From an uncultured Acidimicrobiaceae bacterium (GTDB lineage Bacteria > Actinomycetota > Acidimicrobiia > Acidimicrobiales > Bog-793), in contig CAWGNK010000003.1 in NCBI GenBank assembly GCA_963823945.1, forward strand, positions 581,732 to 645,731: 64,000 nt of DNA. Direction: 5' to 3'. Of the stretch, positions 8,957-19,000 are shown in pieces. Position numbers and translations under genes: made by a program. Below the pieces are notes generated by a model that searched no databases, had not been told where the DNA came from, and was given only the letters and a program-made list of their open reading frames with translations. The number at the start of each line of letters is the position of its first letter. The stretch's first letter is position 1.

Positions 8957-10297
8957 TCAGGACCCGATGCGGTCCTGCAGCTCGGCGACGACGTGCGTGA
9001 TCGGCACCCGGGTCTGGGCCGTCGAGTCCCGCTCGCGGATCGTCACCGCCTCGTCGGTGAGGCTGTCGAAGTCGACGGTCACGCAGAACGGCGTGCCGAT
9101 CTCGTCCTGGCGTCGGTAGCGGCGCCCGATCGACTGCGTGTCGTCGTAGTCGCACATCAGCGCGTCCTGGCAGCGGTGGAGGACCTGATGGGCGAGGGCG
9201 TCGAGCGGCTCCTTGCGCGAGAGCGGGAGCACCGCAGCCTGGAACGGCGCGAGCCGCGGGTGCAGCCGGAGAACGCTGCGGCGCTCCCCGCCGATCTCGT
9301 CCTCGTCGTAGGCGGCGAGGAGGAAGGCCATCATCGCCCGCGTCGCGCCGGCCGACGGCTCGATGACGTGCGGCGTGTAGCGCTCGCCGGACACCTGGTC
9401 GAAGTACTCGAGGCGGACGCCGGAGAGCGCGCTGTGGGCCTTGAGGTCGAAGTCGGTCCGGTTGGCGATCCCCTCGAGCTCGCCCCAGCCCCAGGGGAAG
9501 AGGTACTCGATGTCGGTCGTGGCTTTCGAGTAGTGGGAGAGGTCCTCCTGGGCGTGCTGGCGGAACCGGAGGCGGTCCTCGGGGATCCCGAGCCCGACGA
9601 ACCAGGCGAGCCGTTCCTCGCACCAGTAGGCGAACCAGCGGTCGGCGTCGGCGGGCGGGACGAAGAACTCCAGCTCCATCATCTCGAACTCGCGGGTGCG
9701 GAACACGAAGTTCCCTGGCGTGATCTCGTTGCGGAAACCCCGTCCGAGCTGGGCGATCCCGAAGGGCGGCTTGCGGCGCATCGTCGTCATCACGTTCAGG
9801 AAGTTGACGAACATCCCCTGCGCCGTCTCCGGGCGCAGATAGGCGACGGCGGACTCGTCGTCGAGCGGGCCGACGAACGTCTTGAACATGAGGTTGAACG
9901 GCCGCGCCTCGGTGAGGTCCGCCGAACCGCAGTTCGGGCAGGTCCCCTCGATCTGGTCGGCCCGCCAGCGCTCGTGGCACGACCGGCAGTCGACCAGCGG
10001 GTCGACGAACGTCTCGAGGTGGCCGGACGCCTCCCAAACCTTGGGGTTCGTGATGATCGCCGCCTCGATCGGCACGACGTCGTCCCGGTGGCGCACCATC
10101 GTGCGCCACCAGGCGTCCCGCACGTTGCGGAGCATCAACGCGCCCAGCGGCCCGTAGTCGTAGGTCGAGCGGATGCCGCCGTAGATCTCGGCGGAGGGGA
10201 AGATGAAGCCCCGCCGCTTCGCGAGGTTGACGACGGCGTCGAACAGTCCCGCGTCGCCCTCGGGGACGCGCTCAGCTGTGGGGTTTTCCTCCGACAT
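8957..10297 (-). CDS. glyQS: glycine--tRNA ligase (dimeric class II GlyQS type)
   Basis: From ATG 10297 the protein reads MSEENPT...LAKRRGFIFPSAEIYGGIRSTYDYGPLGALMLRNVRDAWW, followed by class II motifs (FRNEITPGNFVFRTREFEMMELEFF). Length is 446 aa. Confidence 0.95.
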   Translation of the reverse strand: MSEENPTAERVPEGDAGLFDAVVNLAKRRGFIFPSAEIYGGIRSTYDYGPLGALMLRNVRDAWWRTMVRHRDDVVPIEAAIITNPKVWEASGHLETFVDPLVDCRSCHERWRADQIEGTCPNCGSADLTEARPFNLMFKTFVGPLDDESAVAYLRPETAQGMFVNFLNVMTTMRRKPPFGIAQLGRGFRNEITPGNFVFRTREFEMMELEFFVPPADADRWFAYWCEERLAWFVGLGIPEDRLRFRQHAQEDLSHYSKATTDIEYLFPWGWGELEGIANRTDFDLKAHSALSGVRLEYFDQVSGERYTPHVIEPSAGATRAMMAFLLAAYDEDEIGGERRSVLRLHPRLAPFQAAVLPLSRKEPLDALAHQVLHRCQDALMCDYDDTQSIGRRYRRQDEIGTPFCVTVDFDSLTDEAVTIRERDSTAQTRVPITHVVAELQDRIGS

Positions 10298-10373
10298 AAC
10301 CCGACAATACCCGCGTCCCCGCTGCGGGAGCCCGCCCGCGACCGATGTGGCGTCGCCGGTCCCAAGGCCCGGA

Positions 10374-11105
10374 TTACGCCGGCGTCGTCTCCTCGGTGAG
10401 ATGGTGGCGCGTCGTGCGCAGACGCCGGTCGAGGTGGTGCTCGACCGCCGAGGTCGCGAGGCGCTCCAAAGCCTCGACGGTCGGACCCTCCGGCTCGGTG
10501 AGCGCCCGCGCGAGCCCGCCGGAGCAGATGCGCTTGGCGAGGTCGACCACCTCGGGCGAGACCGCCTGGCCCCGCCGGCAGGCGTGGCACAGGAAACCGC
10601 CCTCCCCGGCGTCGAAGGCGACGAGTGGTTCCTCGCGGCCGCAGTGGGCGCAGAAGTCGACGCTCGGGCCAACGCCCTCGACCATGAGGGCTTTGAGGCA
10701 GAACGCCGCGAGCGTGACCGGTGAGGCGGTGGCCTCGAGGCTGCGCAGCGCGCCGACGAGCAGTCTGTAGAGCGCCGGCGACCCCTGGTGGTCGACGGTG
10801 ACCTGGTCGGCGATCTCGAGCATCGTCATCGCCGGGCCGAGGCGGGCCGGATCGGAACGGATCCCGCGGAAGACGTCGACCACCTCGACCTGGGTCACGA
10901 TGTCGAGCTCCCGCCCCCGCCAGCACAGCAGGTCGACGTGGGTGAGCGGCTCGAGGCGCGCCCCGATCCGGCTTTTCACCTTGCGGACACCCTTCGCGAC
11001 GGCGCGTACCTTGCCGTGCTCGGGCGTGAGGATCGTCACGATCCGATCCGCCTCCCCGAGCCGGATCGTCCGCAGGACCACTCCGGTGTCGCGGTAGTTC
11101 GCCAT
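10374..11105 (-). CDS. recO: DNA repair protein RecO
   Basis: From ATG 11105 the protein reads MANYRDTGVVLRTIRLGEADRIVTILTPEHGKVRAVAKGVRKVKSRIGARLEP. A C-terminal zinc motif (CAHCGRE...CHAC) is present. Confidence 0.9.
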   Translation of the reverse strand: MANYRDTGVVLRTIRLGEADRIVTILTPEHGKVRAVAKGVRKVKSRIGARLEPLTHVDLLCWRGRELDIVTQVEVVDVFRGIRSDPARLGPAMTMLEIADQVTVDHQGSPALYRLLVGALRSLEATASPVTLAAFCLKALMVEGVGPSVDFCAHCGREEPLVAFDAGEGGFLCHACRRGQAVSPEVVDLAKRICSGGLARALTEPEGPTVEALERLATSAVEHHLDRRLRTTRHHLTEETTPA

Positions 11106-11151
11106 GGGGTCTAGGCCCCGCTGGTCAAGCCGCCGGTTGGCTCCCGGGGGA

Positions 11152-11883
11152 TCAACGGTCGATCCCCCCGTAACGGCGCTCCCGGCGCTGGTACTCGCGC
11201 ACCGCCTCGAAGAGGTCCCCGCGGCGGAAGTCGGGCCACAGGACGTCGGTGAAGACGAGTTCGGAGTAGGCGAGCTCCCAGAGCAGGAAGTTGGAGATCC
11301 GGAACTCGCTCGAGGTGCGCACGATGACGTCCGGATCGGGCATGTCCGGGTAGTACAGATGAGCACGGAAGTGGCGCTCGTCGACCTTGTCCGCCGGGAC
11401 GTTGTCGGCGATGAGCGAGCGGACGGCGTCGATGATCTCGGCGCGCCCGCCGTAGTTGAAACAGATCGTGAAGGTCATCCGCTTGTTCTTGGCGGTGAGC
11501 TCCTCGGCGTCCTCCATCCGCCGCAGCAGGCGCCGCGGCACGCGCCTGTCCCGGCGTCCCGCGAAGCGGATCCGGATCCCCTTGGCGTTCAAGTCGTCGC
11601 GGTTGCGAAGCAACACGCCCTCGGGGTAGTTGAGGAGGAACCGCACCTCGTCGGGTGGACGGCGCCAGTTCTCCGTCGAGAAGGCGTAGACGGTGAACCA
11701 CTTGACGCCGAGCTCGAGCGCGCCGTCGACGGTGTCGACGAGGGCCTCCTCGGCGGCGGTGTGTCCGGCGGTGCGGGCGAGCCCACGTTGGGTTGCCCAG
11801 CGCCCGTTGCCGTCCATGACGACCGCGACGTGCCGTGGGACGTGGTCCGGATCGACCCCCTCGACGAACGGGGAATTTGGCAC
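11152..11883 (-). CDS. uppS: isoprenyl transferase (undecaprenyl/decaprenyl diphosphate synthase family)
   Basis: The motifs HVAVVMDGNGRWA, VYAFSTENWRRP and RTSSEFRISNFLLWELAYSELVF are present. The start is assigned to GTG 11883, the only start shortly before the conserved core. Confidence 0.9.
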   Translation of the reverse strand: MPNSPFVEGVDPDHVPRHVAVVMDGNGRWATQRGLARTAGHTAAEEALVDTVDGALELGVKWFTVYAFSTENWRRPPDEVRFLLNYPEGVLLRNRDDLNAKGIRIRFAGRRDRRVPRRLLRRMEDAEELTAKNKRMTFTICFNYGGRAEIIDAVRSLIADNVPADKVDERHFRAHLYYPDMPDPDVIVRTSSEFRISNFLLWELAYSELVFTDVLWPDFRRGDLFEAVREYQRRERRYGGIDR

Positions 11884-12060
11884 TACAGCGAAGCTAGTCG
11901 CGCCGACGGCCGATCCCGTGTCGCCGCGCGGGCTCCGGGAGGCGGGTCGCGGCGGTGTCGGAACGGCCACCCCCCTGGCCCGCCGAGTCCCACGCCGGGC
12001 GGGCCCGGTCGAATCCCAGGCCGGACGGGCGGGTGGACCGCCCCCACTAACGTCGGTGAG

Positions 12061-12771
12061 GTGGAACCTGCCAACGAACCCACAACCGTCACCGGTGACC
12101 GGCCGGGCGATGCGCCCGGTGCGCTCGGGGCCGAGCTCGCCCGCGTGGCCGACGAGCTGGAGGGATCCTCCGCGCTCGACATCTGCCGGTGGGCGGTCGG
12201 ACGGTTCGGCAGCGATGTCGTCGTCGCTTCTTCGTTCCAGGACTGTGTGCTCATCGACCTGGCGGTGCGCGCGGATCCGGCTATCGAGGTGGTCTTCCTC
12301 GACACGGGCTTCCACTTCCCCGAGACGATCTCGTACATGCGGGAAGTCGAACGCCGCTACGGACTGAATCTCACCGTCGTCGAGCCGGGCATCCCGCCCA
12401 CCGAGCACCCCTGCGGAACTCCGCTGTGCTGCGAGATGCGCAAGGTCGCCCCGCTCGCCCGGGCACTCGTCGGAAGATCGGCCTGGATCACCGGGCTGAA
12501 GCGTGTCGACACGCCGGAGCGGGTCGGCGCCCCGGTCGTCGGCTGGGAGGCGTCGAAGCACCTCGTGAAGATCAATCCCCTCGCCGCGTGGACCGACGAC
12601 GACGTCGACCGCTACGTCGAGGAGCACGGCCTCCCGCGACACCCGCTTCAGGCGGCCGGATACGTGTCGATCGGTTGTGCCCCGACGACCCGGCCGATCG
12701 CCGCGGGCGAGGATCCCCGGGCGGGGCGTTGGCCGGACAGCGACAAGACTGAGTGCGGCCTGCACCTGTGA
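12061..12771 (+). CDS. cysH: adenylyl-/phosphoadenylyl-sulfate reductase (thioredoxin-dependent), CysH family
   Basis: This is the C-terminal 236 codons of ORF 11104..12771. The motifs VVASSFQDCVLIDL, FLDTGFHFPETI, CCEMRKVAPL, SIGCAPTT and the C-terminal KTECGLH are present. The start at GTG 12061 is tentative. Confidence 0.8.
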   Translation: MEPANEPTTVTGDRPGDAPGALGAELARVADELEGSSALDICRWAVGRFGSDVVVASSFQDCVLIDLAVRADPAIEVVFLDTGFHFPETISYMREVERRYGLNLTVVEPGIPPTEHPCGTPLCCEMRKVAPLARALVGRSAWITGLKRVDTPERVGAPVVGWEASKHLVKINPLAAWTDDDVDRYVEEHGLPRHPLQAAGYVSIGCAPTTRPIAAGEDPRAGRWPDSDKTECGLHL

Positions 12772-12878
12772 CGCCGGGGGAACGTTCCCGTTTCCCCGCT
12801 GCCGCCGGTCATCGCCGCGAGCGGCCGGCTCGCCGGGCCACCCGGCCGTCGTCGTAGCCGGGCCGTAGGCTCGCCGGG

Positions 12879-15800
12879 GTGCCGGGACGTGTCCGCTTCG
12901 TCGCTTACGGGACGCCCGCTTTCGAGGCGCTCGGCGCCGCGGTCGACGAGTTCCAGCGGGGGGACCCGACCGCGCCGGTCGTCGTCATCGCGCCCTCGGC
13001 GCGGGCGGCCCGCTTCTTGCGCCACCGCTTGGCGGCCCGGCCACGCGCCGGTGGTACGCGCGGGCTCGTCAACCTGCGCTTCCTCGTGCCTGCCGATCTC
13101 GCCGAGGAGCTGGGCGGCCAGGCCTGCCGGCTCGCGGGCCGACGCCCACTGACGCGGGCCGCACTCGGAGCCGCCGCCCGGGCGGCGCTGCGCGAGCGGC
13201 CGGCGTTCCTTGCCGCCATCGCCGAGCACCCCTCGACCGAGCAGGAGCTCGTCGACATCTACAAGGAGGTGCGCCAGCTCGGGGACGACGGGTTCGCGCG
13301 CCTCGCCGAGCTTGGTCCCCGCGGCCGCGACCTCTCGGCGCTGTGTGAGTCGATGTGGGAGCGACTCCACGAGGCCTGGTTCGACGACGTCGATCTCGTC
13401 GAGGCGGCCATCGCCCAGGTCGGCCGGGGTCAACACGCCAGAGACTTCGCCCATCTCGTCGTCCACCTGCCAGAACAGGTACGTCCCGCCGAGACGCGTC
13501 TGCTCGAGGCGGTCGCCGGGGCGTGCGATCTCCTGGTCCTGCTGGGAGTCGTCGGCGACTGCGCCGCCAACGCGCCCATCCGCGCGTTGGCGGACACCCT
13601 GTGCGCCGCCGGGTTCCAGCTCGTCGGCGACGCACCCTTCGACGCGGCCGAACCGGATCCGGACGGTCCGGTCCTTGTCGGCGAGACCCTCGAGGCCCCC
13701 GACGCCGAGTCCGAGACGCGCGCCGCGGTGCGCATCGTCCTCGACCACCTCGCCTCGGGCGGCGCGCCCGAGGGGGTGGCACTTCTGTTCTCGGCGCGGG
13801 ACCCGTACCGCCGGCTCATCGCGGGCGCGCTCGACGAAGCGGGGATCAGCTGGAACGGTCCCTCGCCCGACCGGATCGCCGACTCGTCGACGGCGAGGGT
13901 GCTCACCGGGCTCCTGGGGCTCGCGTCGTCGGGACTGGAACGTGCCGCCGTCATGGCCTGGTTGCGTGCGGCGCCGCTGCGCCAGTCCGACGGCCAGCCC
14001 GTGCCCGTCGGCGACTGGGAGCGGGTTTCACGTCTCGCCGGCGTCGTCGACGGCGACGGCGCTGAGTGGCGGCGCCATCTCGACGCGCTCGCCGAGGAGA
14101 GCCGGCGACAGCTCCGTGAGAAGGGCCACTTCGACGACGGGGCGCCGATGACGGACACGGGCGATGGCTCGCAGGGCTGGGATCGCCTGCTGGCGGCTTC
14201 GGTCTCCCTGGGGCGGTTCGTCGGCGAGCTCGACGAGGTGTGCCGTGCGGTCAGGGCGCTCAACCGCTGGGCGGGATTCGCCGCATGGTCGCGGGAGACG
14301 CTCATCCGCTACCTGGGGCCCGGCGAGGTGGACCCGGTGGTCGACGAATCCGACCGTCACGTCGTGTCCGCGGTCATCGACACGCTGGGCGAACTCGAAG
14401 TGCTCGATGGTGTCGACAGCCGACCCGATCTCGCCCGCTTCGCCAGGGCGCTTGCCTCCGCGCTCGATCGTGCCGCGCCGCCGATGGGCCGACTGTCCCA
14501 GGGGATCATGGTCGGCCCGGTGAATTCCGCCGCCGGCGTCGGGCTCGACCTCGTGGTGGTGCTCGGCTGTGTCGAGGGCGAGATGCCGCGCCGGGCACGT
14601 GCGAGCGTCATTTTGTCCGCCGAGGAACGCGAGCAGGTCGGCCTGGAGGCCGCGAGTCCCGTCCGCGCGGTCGAACGCGACCGCCGTCAGCTCCTCGTCG
14701 TGGTGTCCGGGGCGGAAAGGACGGTGTTGGCGAGACGCGACCGCGACTCGCACGACGGTCGCGCCCGGATCCGGTCCCGCTTCATCGCGCGCAACGCCGC
14801 CGCCCGCCCCGTGCCGAGCCTGGCCGCGGTGCTCGAGTCCGTGGCGGCGGGCACGGTCCCGGCGATCAGCGAGGGTGAGCTCGTCAGCGCGACCCTCGTC
14901 GCGCTGGGCGCATCCCGCCGCAGCGGCGGGCCGTCGTTCCTCGTCGAGGCCCCGTCACACCTCGCGGCCGGCAGTCGGGTCGTCACGGCGCGCAGCGCCC
15001 GTTCGTTCGGCCGCTTCGCCGGGCGGATCGAGACCGGGGCGGGTGTCGACGGACTCGCCGATGAGGTCATGTCGCCGACCACCCTCGAGCAGTTCGCCGT
15101 CTGCCCGTTCCGCTACTTCCTCAGTCACGAACTCCGCTGTGAGGTGATCGATGCGCCCGAACGTCGGGTGGAGATCGACCCGCGGGACCGCGGCCAGATC
15201 GCCCACGAGGTACTCGAGCGCTACATGCGGGAGATCATCGACCGGCCGGGGGCTCTAGAGGACGGCCCGACCGACGCGGCGGCACGGCTGGCGGACATCG
15301 CGGCGGAGGTCTGTGATCGCTACGAACGGCTCGGCCGGACGGGCAAGCGGGTCCTGTGGGCGAGGACACGCCGTGAGCTGATCGCGAGGCTCGAGGCGGA
15401 GCGGGCGGCCGACGCCGAGATCCGGCACCGACGTGCCGCGGCGCCGCTCGCCGTCGAGTGGCTCTTCGGCACGTCCACGATTTCGCCGGTCAGCTTCGAG
15501 GTGGGGGGGAGGTCACTCAGCTTCCGCGGCAAGATCGACCGCGTCGACCGCCGGGCCGACGGGTCGCTCGACGTCATCGACTACAAGACCGGCGCGACGT
15601 CGCCGTACAAGGCCATCCCGGCCGACCCGGTGGATGGCGGGCGCCATCTCCAGCTGCCGATCTACGCCCTCGCGGCGCGTGCCCACCTCGCCTCGGGCGA
15701 GCCGGTCCCGGTGCGGGCGAGCTTCCGGTTCATCGACGAGCCGGACGTCAAGGTGGAAGTCGAACTCGACGACGGGACGGTGGCCCGCACGGAGGAGGTC

Positions 15801-16007
15801 CTCGAGCTGCTCGCCGGGACGGTCGCGGCGGGCTGTTTCCCGTGCCACCCGGGCGCGCCCCGGCAGAACACCTTTGAGCACTGCAACCACTGCGACTTCG
15901 ACTCGGTGTGTCCCGCCGAGCGGGAGGAGCTCTGGCAGGTCGCGCGGGCGGCACCGCCGCTCGCCGGCTACGTCGGGCTCGTCGAGCCGGAGACGGCTGA
16001 TGCGTGA
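12879..16007 (+). CDS. AddB/AdnA-like helicase-nuclease subunit (PD-(D/E)XK nuclease with Fe-S staple; no Walker A seen)
   Basis: 1042 aa. The C-terminal RecB-type nuclease reads CPFRYF...GKIDRVDRRADGSLDVIDYKTG...LQLPIYALA, followed by CNHCDFDSVC (CxxCx5C). No GxGKT/S motif was found by eye in the N-terminal half. Confidence 0.8.
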   Translation: MPGRVRFVAYGTPAFEALGAAVDEFQRGDPTAPVVVIAPSARAARFLRHRLAARPRAGGTRGLVNLRFLVPADLAEELGGQACRLAGRRPLTRAALGAAARAALRERPAFLAAIAEHPSTEQELVDIYKEVRQLGDDGFARLAELGPRGRDLSALCESMWERLHEAWFDDVDLVEAAIAQVGRGQHARDFAHLVVHLPEQVRPAETRLLEAVAGACDLLVLLGVVGDCAANAPIRALADTLCAAGFQLVGDAPFDAAEPDPDGPVLVGETLEAPDAESETRAAVRIVLDHLASGGAPEGVALLFSARDPYRRLIAGALDEAGISWNGPSPDRIADSSTARVLTGLLGLASSGLERAAVMAWLRAAPLRQSDGQPVPVGDWERVSRLAGVVDGDGAEWRRHLDALAEESRRQLREKGHFDDGAPMTDTGDGSQGWDRLLAASVSLGRFVGELDEVCRAVRALNRWAGFAAWSRETLIRYLGPGEVDPVVDESDRHVVSAVIDTLGELEVLDGVDSRPDLARFARALASALDRAAPPMGRLSQGIMVGPVNSAAGVGLDLVVVLGCVEGEMPRRARASVILSAEEREQVGLEAASPVRAVERDRRQLLVVVSGAERTVLARRDRDSHDGRARIRSRFIARNAAARPVPSLAAVLESVAAGTVPAISEGELVSATLVALGASRRSGGPSFLVEAPSHLAAGSRVVTARSARSFGRFAGRIETGAGVDGLADEVMSPTTLEQFAVCPFRYFLSHELRCEVIDAPERRVEIDPRDRGQIAHEVLERYMREIIDRPGALEDGPTDAAARLADIAAEVCDRYERLGRTGKRVLWARTRRELIARLEAERAADAEIRHRRAAAPLAVEWLFGTSTISPVSFEVGGRSLSFRGKIDRVDRRADGSLDVIDYKTGATSPYKAIPADPVDGGRHLQLPIYALAARAHLASGEPVPVRASFRFIDEPDVKVEVELDDGTVARTEEVLELLAGTVAAGCFPCHPGAPRQNTFEHCNHCDFDSVCPAEREELWQVARAAPPLAGYVGLVEPETADA

Positions 16008-19000
16008 GCCGTCGCCGATGACCGACGAGGCGGCGCGGCTCGCCATCCGGGAGGATCTCGACGCGACGCTCTTCGTCGAGGCGGGCGCCGGGACGGGCAA
16101 GACGAGCGAGCTCGTGCGCCGGGTGCTCGCCCTCGCGGCGACGGGGCGCGCGTCGCTCGGTGAGATCGCCGCGATCACGTTCACGGAGGCGGCCGCGGCG
16201 GACCTGCGCGAGCGGATCCACGACCGGCTCGTCGAGCAGTCGGTGACCCCCGGGGGCGACTGGGCGAGGATGGCGGTCCACGAGCTCGACAACGCTTCGA
16301 TGACGACGATCCACGGGTTCGCCCAGCGGATCCTCGTTGAGCATCCGCTCGTCGCCGGGCTGCCGTTGCGCTTCCGGGTCCTCGACGAGATCCAGGCCGA
16401 AACGGACTTCGATCGCCGCTTCGGGGCATTTCTCGACGCGTTGCTCGACGACTCAGGGGCCGAGGTGCTCGTCACGGCGGCCCTGGCCGTCGGCGTCACG
16501 CTCGGCCACCTCCGTCGGCTCGCGTACGAGATCGACGCCGCATGGGACCGTTACCGGAATCCCACCCCGGCCCCCGTGCTCTCGGCCGCGGTCCTCGTCG
16601 GCGAGGTCGAAGCCGCCACGGGCAGCCTGATCGACGCGATGCGTGCCGTGGTCGCCCGGCGTGGGGCGTGCCGGAACGACGCCGACACGCTGGTCGCGCT
16701 GCTCGGGCGGATCGGGGCCGAGCTCGACCGGGCGCGGGGGCTCGCCGACTGGGCCGACCGCCTCGAGTGGCTCTGTTCGATCGGCCCCTGGAAAGCGGGC
16801 ACCAAGGGCCGCAAGGAGGACTGGATAGACCTCGCGGTCGCCGACGTGCGCACCGAGGTCGGCGTCCTGGAGGGAATGCGGTCGGCGCAGGTGGACCGGT
16901 TGCGCCACGTCGTGCTCGACGCGCTCGCGGAGCGGCTCGGGGCGGCGGCCGTCGCCGCCGCCGGGGAGCGCCGGCGAACGGGGGAGCTGTACTTCCACGA
17001 CCTCCTCGTGTTCGCGCGCGACCTGCTCGAGGCGGACGCGGGCGTGTGCCGGCAGGTGAGTGCGCGCTTCGGCCACATCCTCGTCGACGAGTTCCAGGAC
17101 ACCGATCCGATCCAGCTCGACATCGTCCGGCTCCTCGGGGCCGACGCGTCCGGAAAGACGGTGCCGGGGAAGCTCTTTTTCGTCGGCGATCCCCACCAGT
17201 CGATCTACCGCTTCCGGGGCGCCAAGCCCGAGCTCTACGCCACCGCGATGGGCGAGCTCGTCCCGGCGGGGCCGGTCCGGCTGACGACGAACTTCCGGTC
17301 GGTCCCCGGCGTGATCGGCTTCGTGAACGGCGTGTTCGGGCCGCTGCTCGCCGGCGCGGAGGCGCTGCCGGCCGGCCCCGCCGCCGCGGGCTACACGCCG
17401 CTCGTCGCGCACCGGGGTCCGGGCGACAGGGTGCCCGTCACCGTGCTCGGCGCCGAGGCTGCGCCGAAGCTCTCCGCCCACGAACGCCGGCTGCGCGAAT
17501 CGGCCGACATCGCCGGCATCGTCACCGCGGCCGTGCGCGAGGGATGGCCGGTCGGAACCGCCCCCGAGGTCCGTGCCGCGCGCTTCGGCGACATCGCCAT
17601 CCTCGTCACCCGCCGCAGTGGTCTCGGCGAGCTCGAAGCGGCGCTCGACTCAGCGGACATCCCGTACCGGGTCGACTCGACCTCGCTCATCTACGCCTCG
17701 TCGGAGGTGCGGGACCTGCTCGCGTGCCTGCGCGCCGTCGATTCCCCGGGCGACGAGGCGGCGATCATCGCCGCGCTGCGAACGCCGCTCCTTGCCTGCG
17801 GCGACGACGACCTGCTCCGCTACCGCCGCCAGGGCGGCACCTGGAGCCTCGAGGCGTGTCCCGCGGTCGAACCCGGGGATCCCGTGGCGGCCGCGCTCGG
17901 CCGACTGGCGGCGGTCGCGGCGTGCCGCCACCGCTTGGGCTTCGTCGGCACGCTCGAGGCGGTCGTGCGGGACTTCGGGGCCTTCGAGCTCGCCGCGTTG
18001 GGGCGGCACGGGCGGGAGGCGGTCCGCCGGCTGCACTTCGTCATCGACCAGGCCCGCGCGTTCGTCGAGTCGGGCGGAGGCTCGATCGCCGAGATGCTGG
18101 AGTGGATGGAGCGCCAGGCCAAGGGGCGGGCCCGGGCCCGGGAATCGGTGACGAGCGAGGCCGACGACGCCGTGCGGATCTTGACGATCCACGCCGCCAA
18201 GGGGCTCGAGTTCCCGATCGTCGTCGTCGCCGAGCTGGGCGGCAACCAGCGGAGCCCGGCGGCGCGTGCCACGGTCCTCTTCGACCCCGCGGGCCGGGCG
18301 GAGATCCGGTTGCGTCGCGGCATCGAGACATCCGGTTTCGCCGCCTGTGCCGAGGCCGAGCTCGCCGAGGCCGAGGCGGAGGAGCTCCGTCTCGGCTACG
18401 TGGCGATGACCCGGGCGCGCGACCACCTCGTCGTTTCGCTCCACCGCGCCGTGGCGACGGGCGAGCGGTGGTCGCTCGCCGAGCGCGTGGCGGCGCGCCT
18501 CGGGGACCTCCAGGGACAGTTCCTGGACGGCTCGTCGCGCGCCGGACCGGAGGGGACGATCGGCAGGCGCCCGGGACGGCCGCCCGCGCCGCGCGGTCCC
18601 GCCACGACCGAGGAGGCGTTTCGGGTCTGGCGCGCCGACAGGGAGGTGCTCACGGCCCGCGCGGCGCGCCGGACGAGCATGGCCGCGACCGACCTCGCCG
18701 CATTGGGGAAACGCGAACCGTGGACCGGTCCGACGCGCTGGGCGACGGCCGAGGACGAGCCGGCCGACCAGGCGCGCTGGCGGTCCCGGCGGGCGGCGAC
18801 GAGCTTCGGTCGGGCGGTGCACGGCGTGTTGCAGCGGGTCGATCTGGCGACAGGTCAGGGCCTCGAGGAGCTCGCGGCCGACGAAGCCGCCCGGGAGGGT
18901 TGCGCCGACCGGGCCGGCGAGGTGGCGACGTACGTGCGCGCCGCGCTCGGTGCTTCGGTCGTCAGGGCCGCCGTCGCGGCGGAGAGTTGCTGGCGCGAGC

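Noticed and set aside
6016-9000. 994-aa ORF on the plus strand. Similar very long ORFs include 1693..3063, 15513..16499, 16542..19388, 19301..21496, 19876..22305, 26977..29085, 30061..31770, 30140..32044, 52189..54597, 58620..60650 and 61311..62330.
   Set aside because: All lie antisense to, or out of frame with, genes that have clear family motifs. Their translations are Arg/Pro/Gly/Ala-rich low-complexity strings. They are typical stop-poor shadow ORFs of high-G+C DNA.
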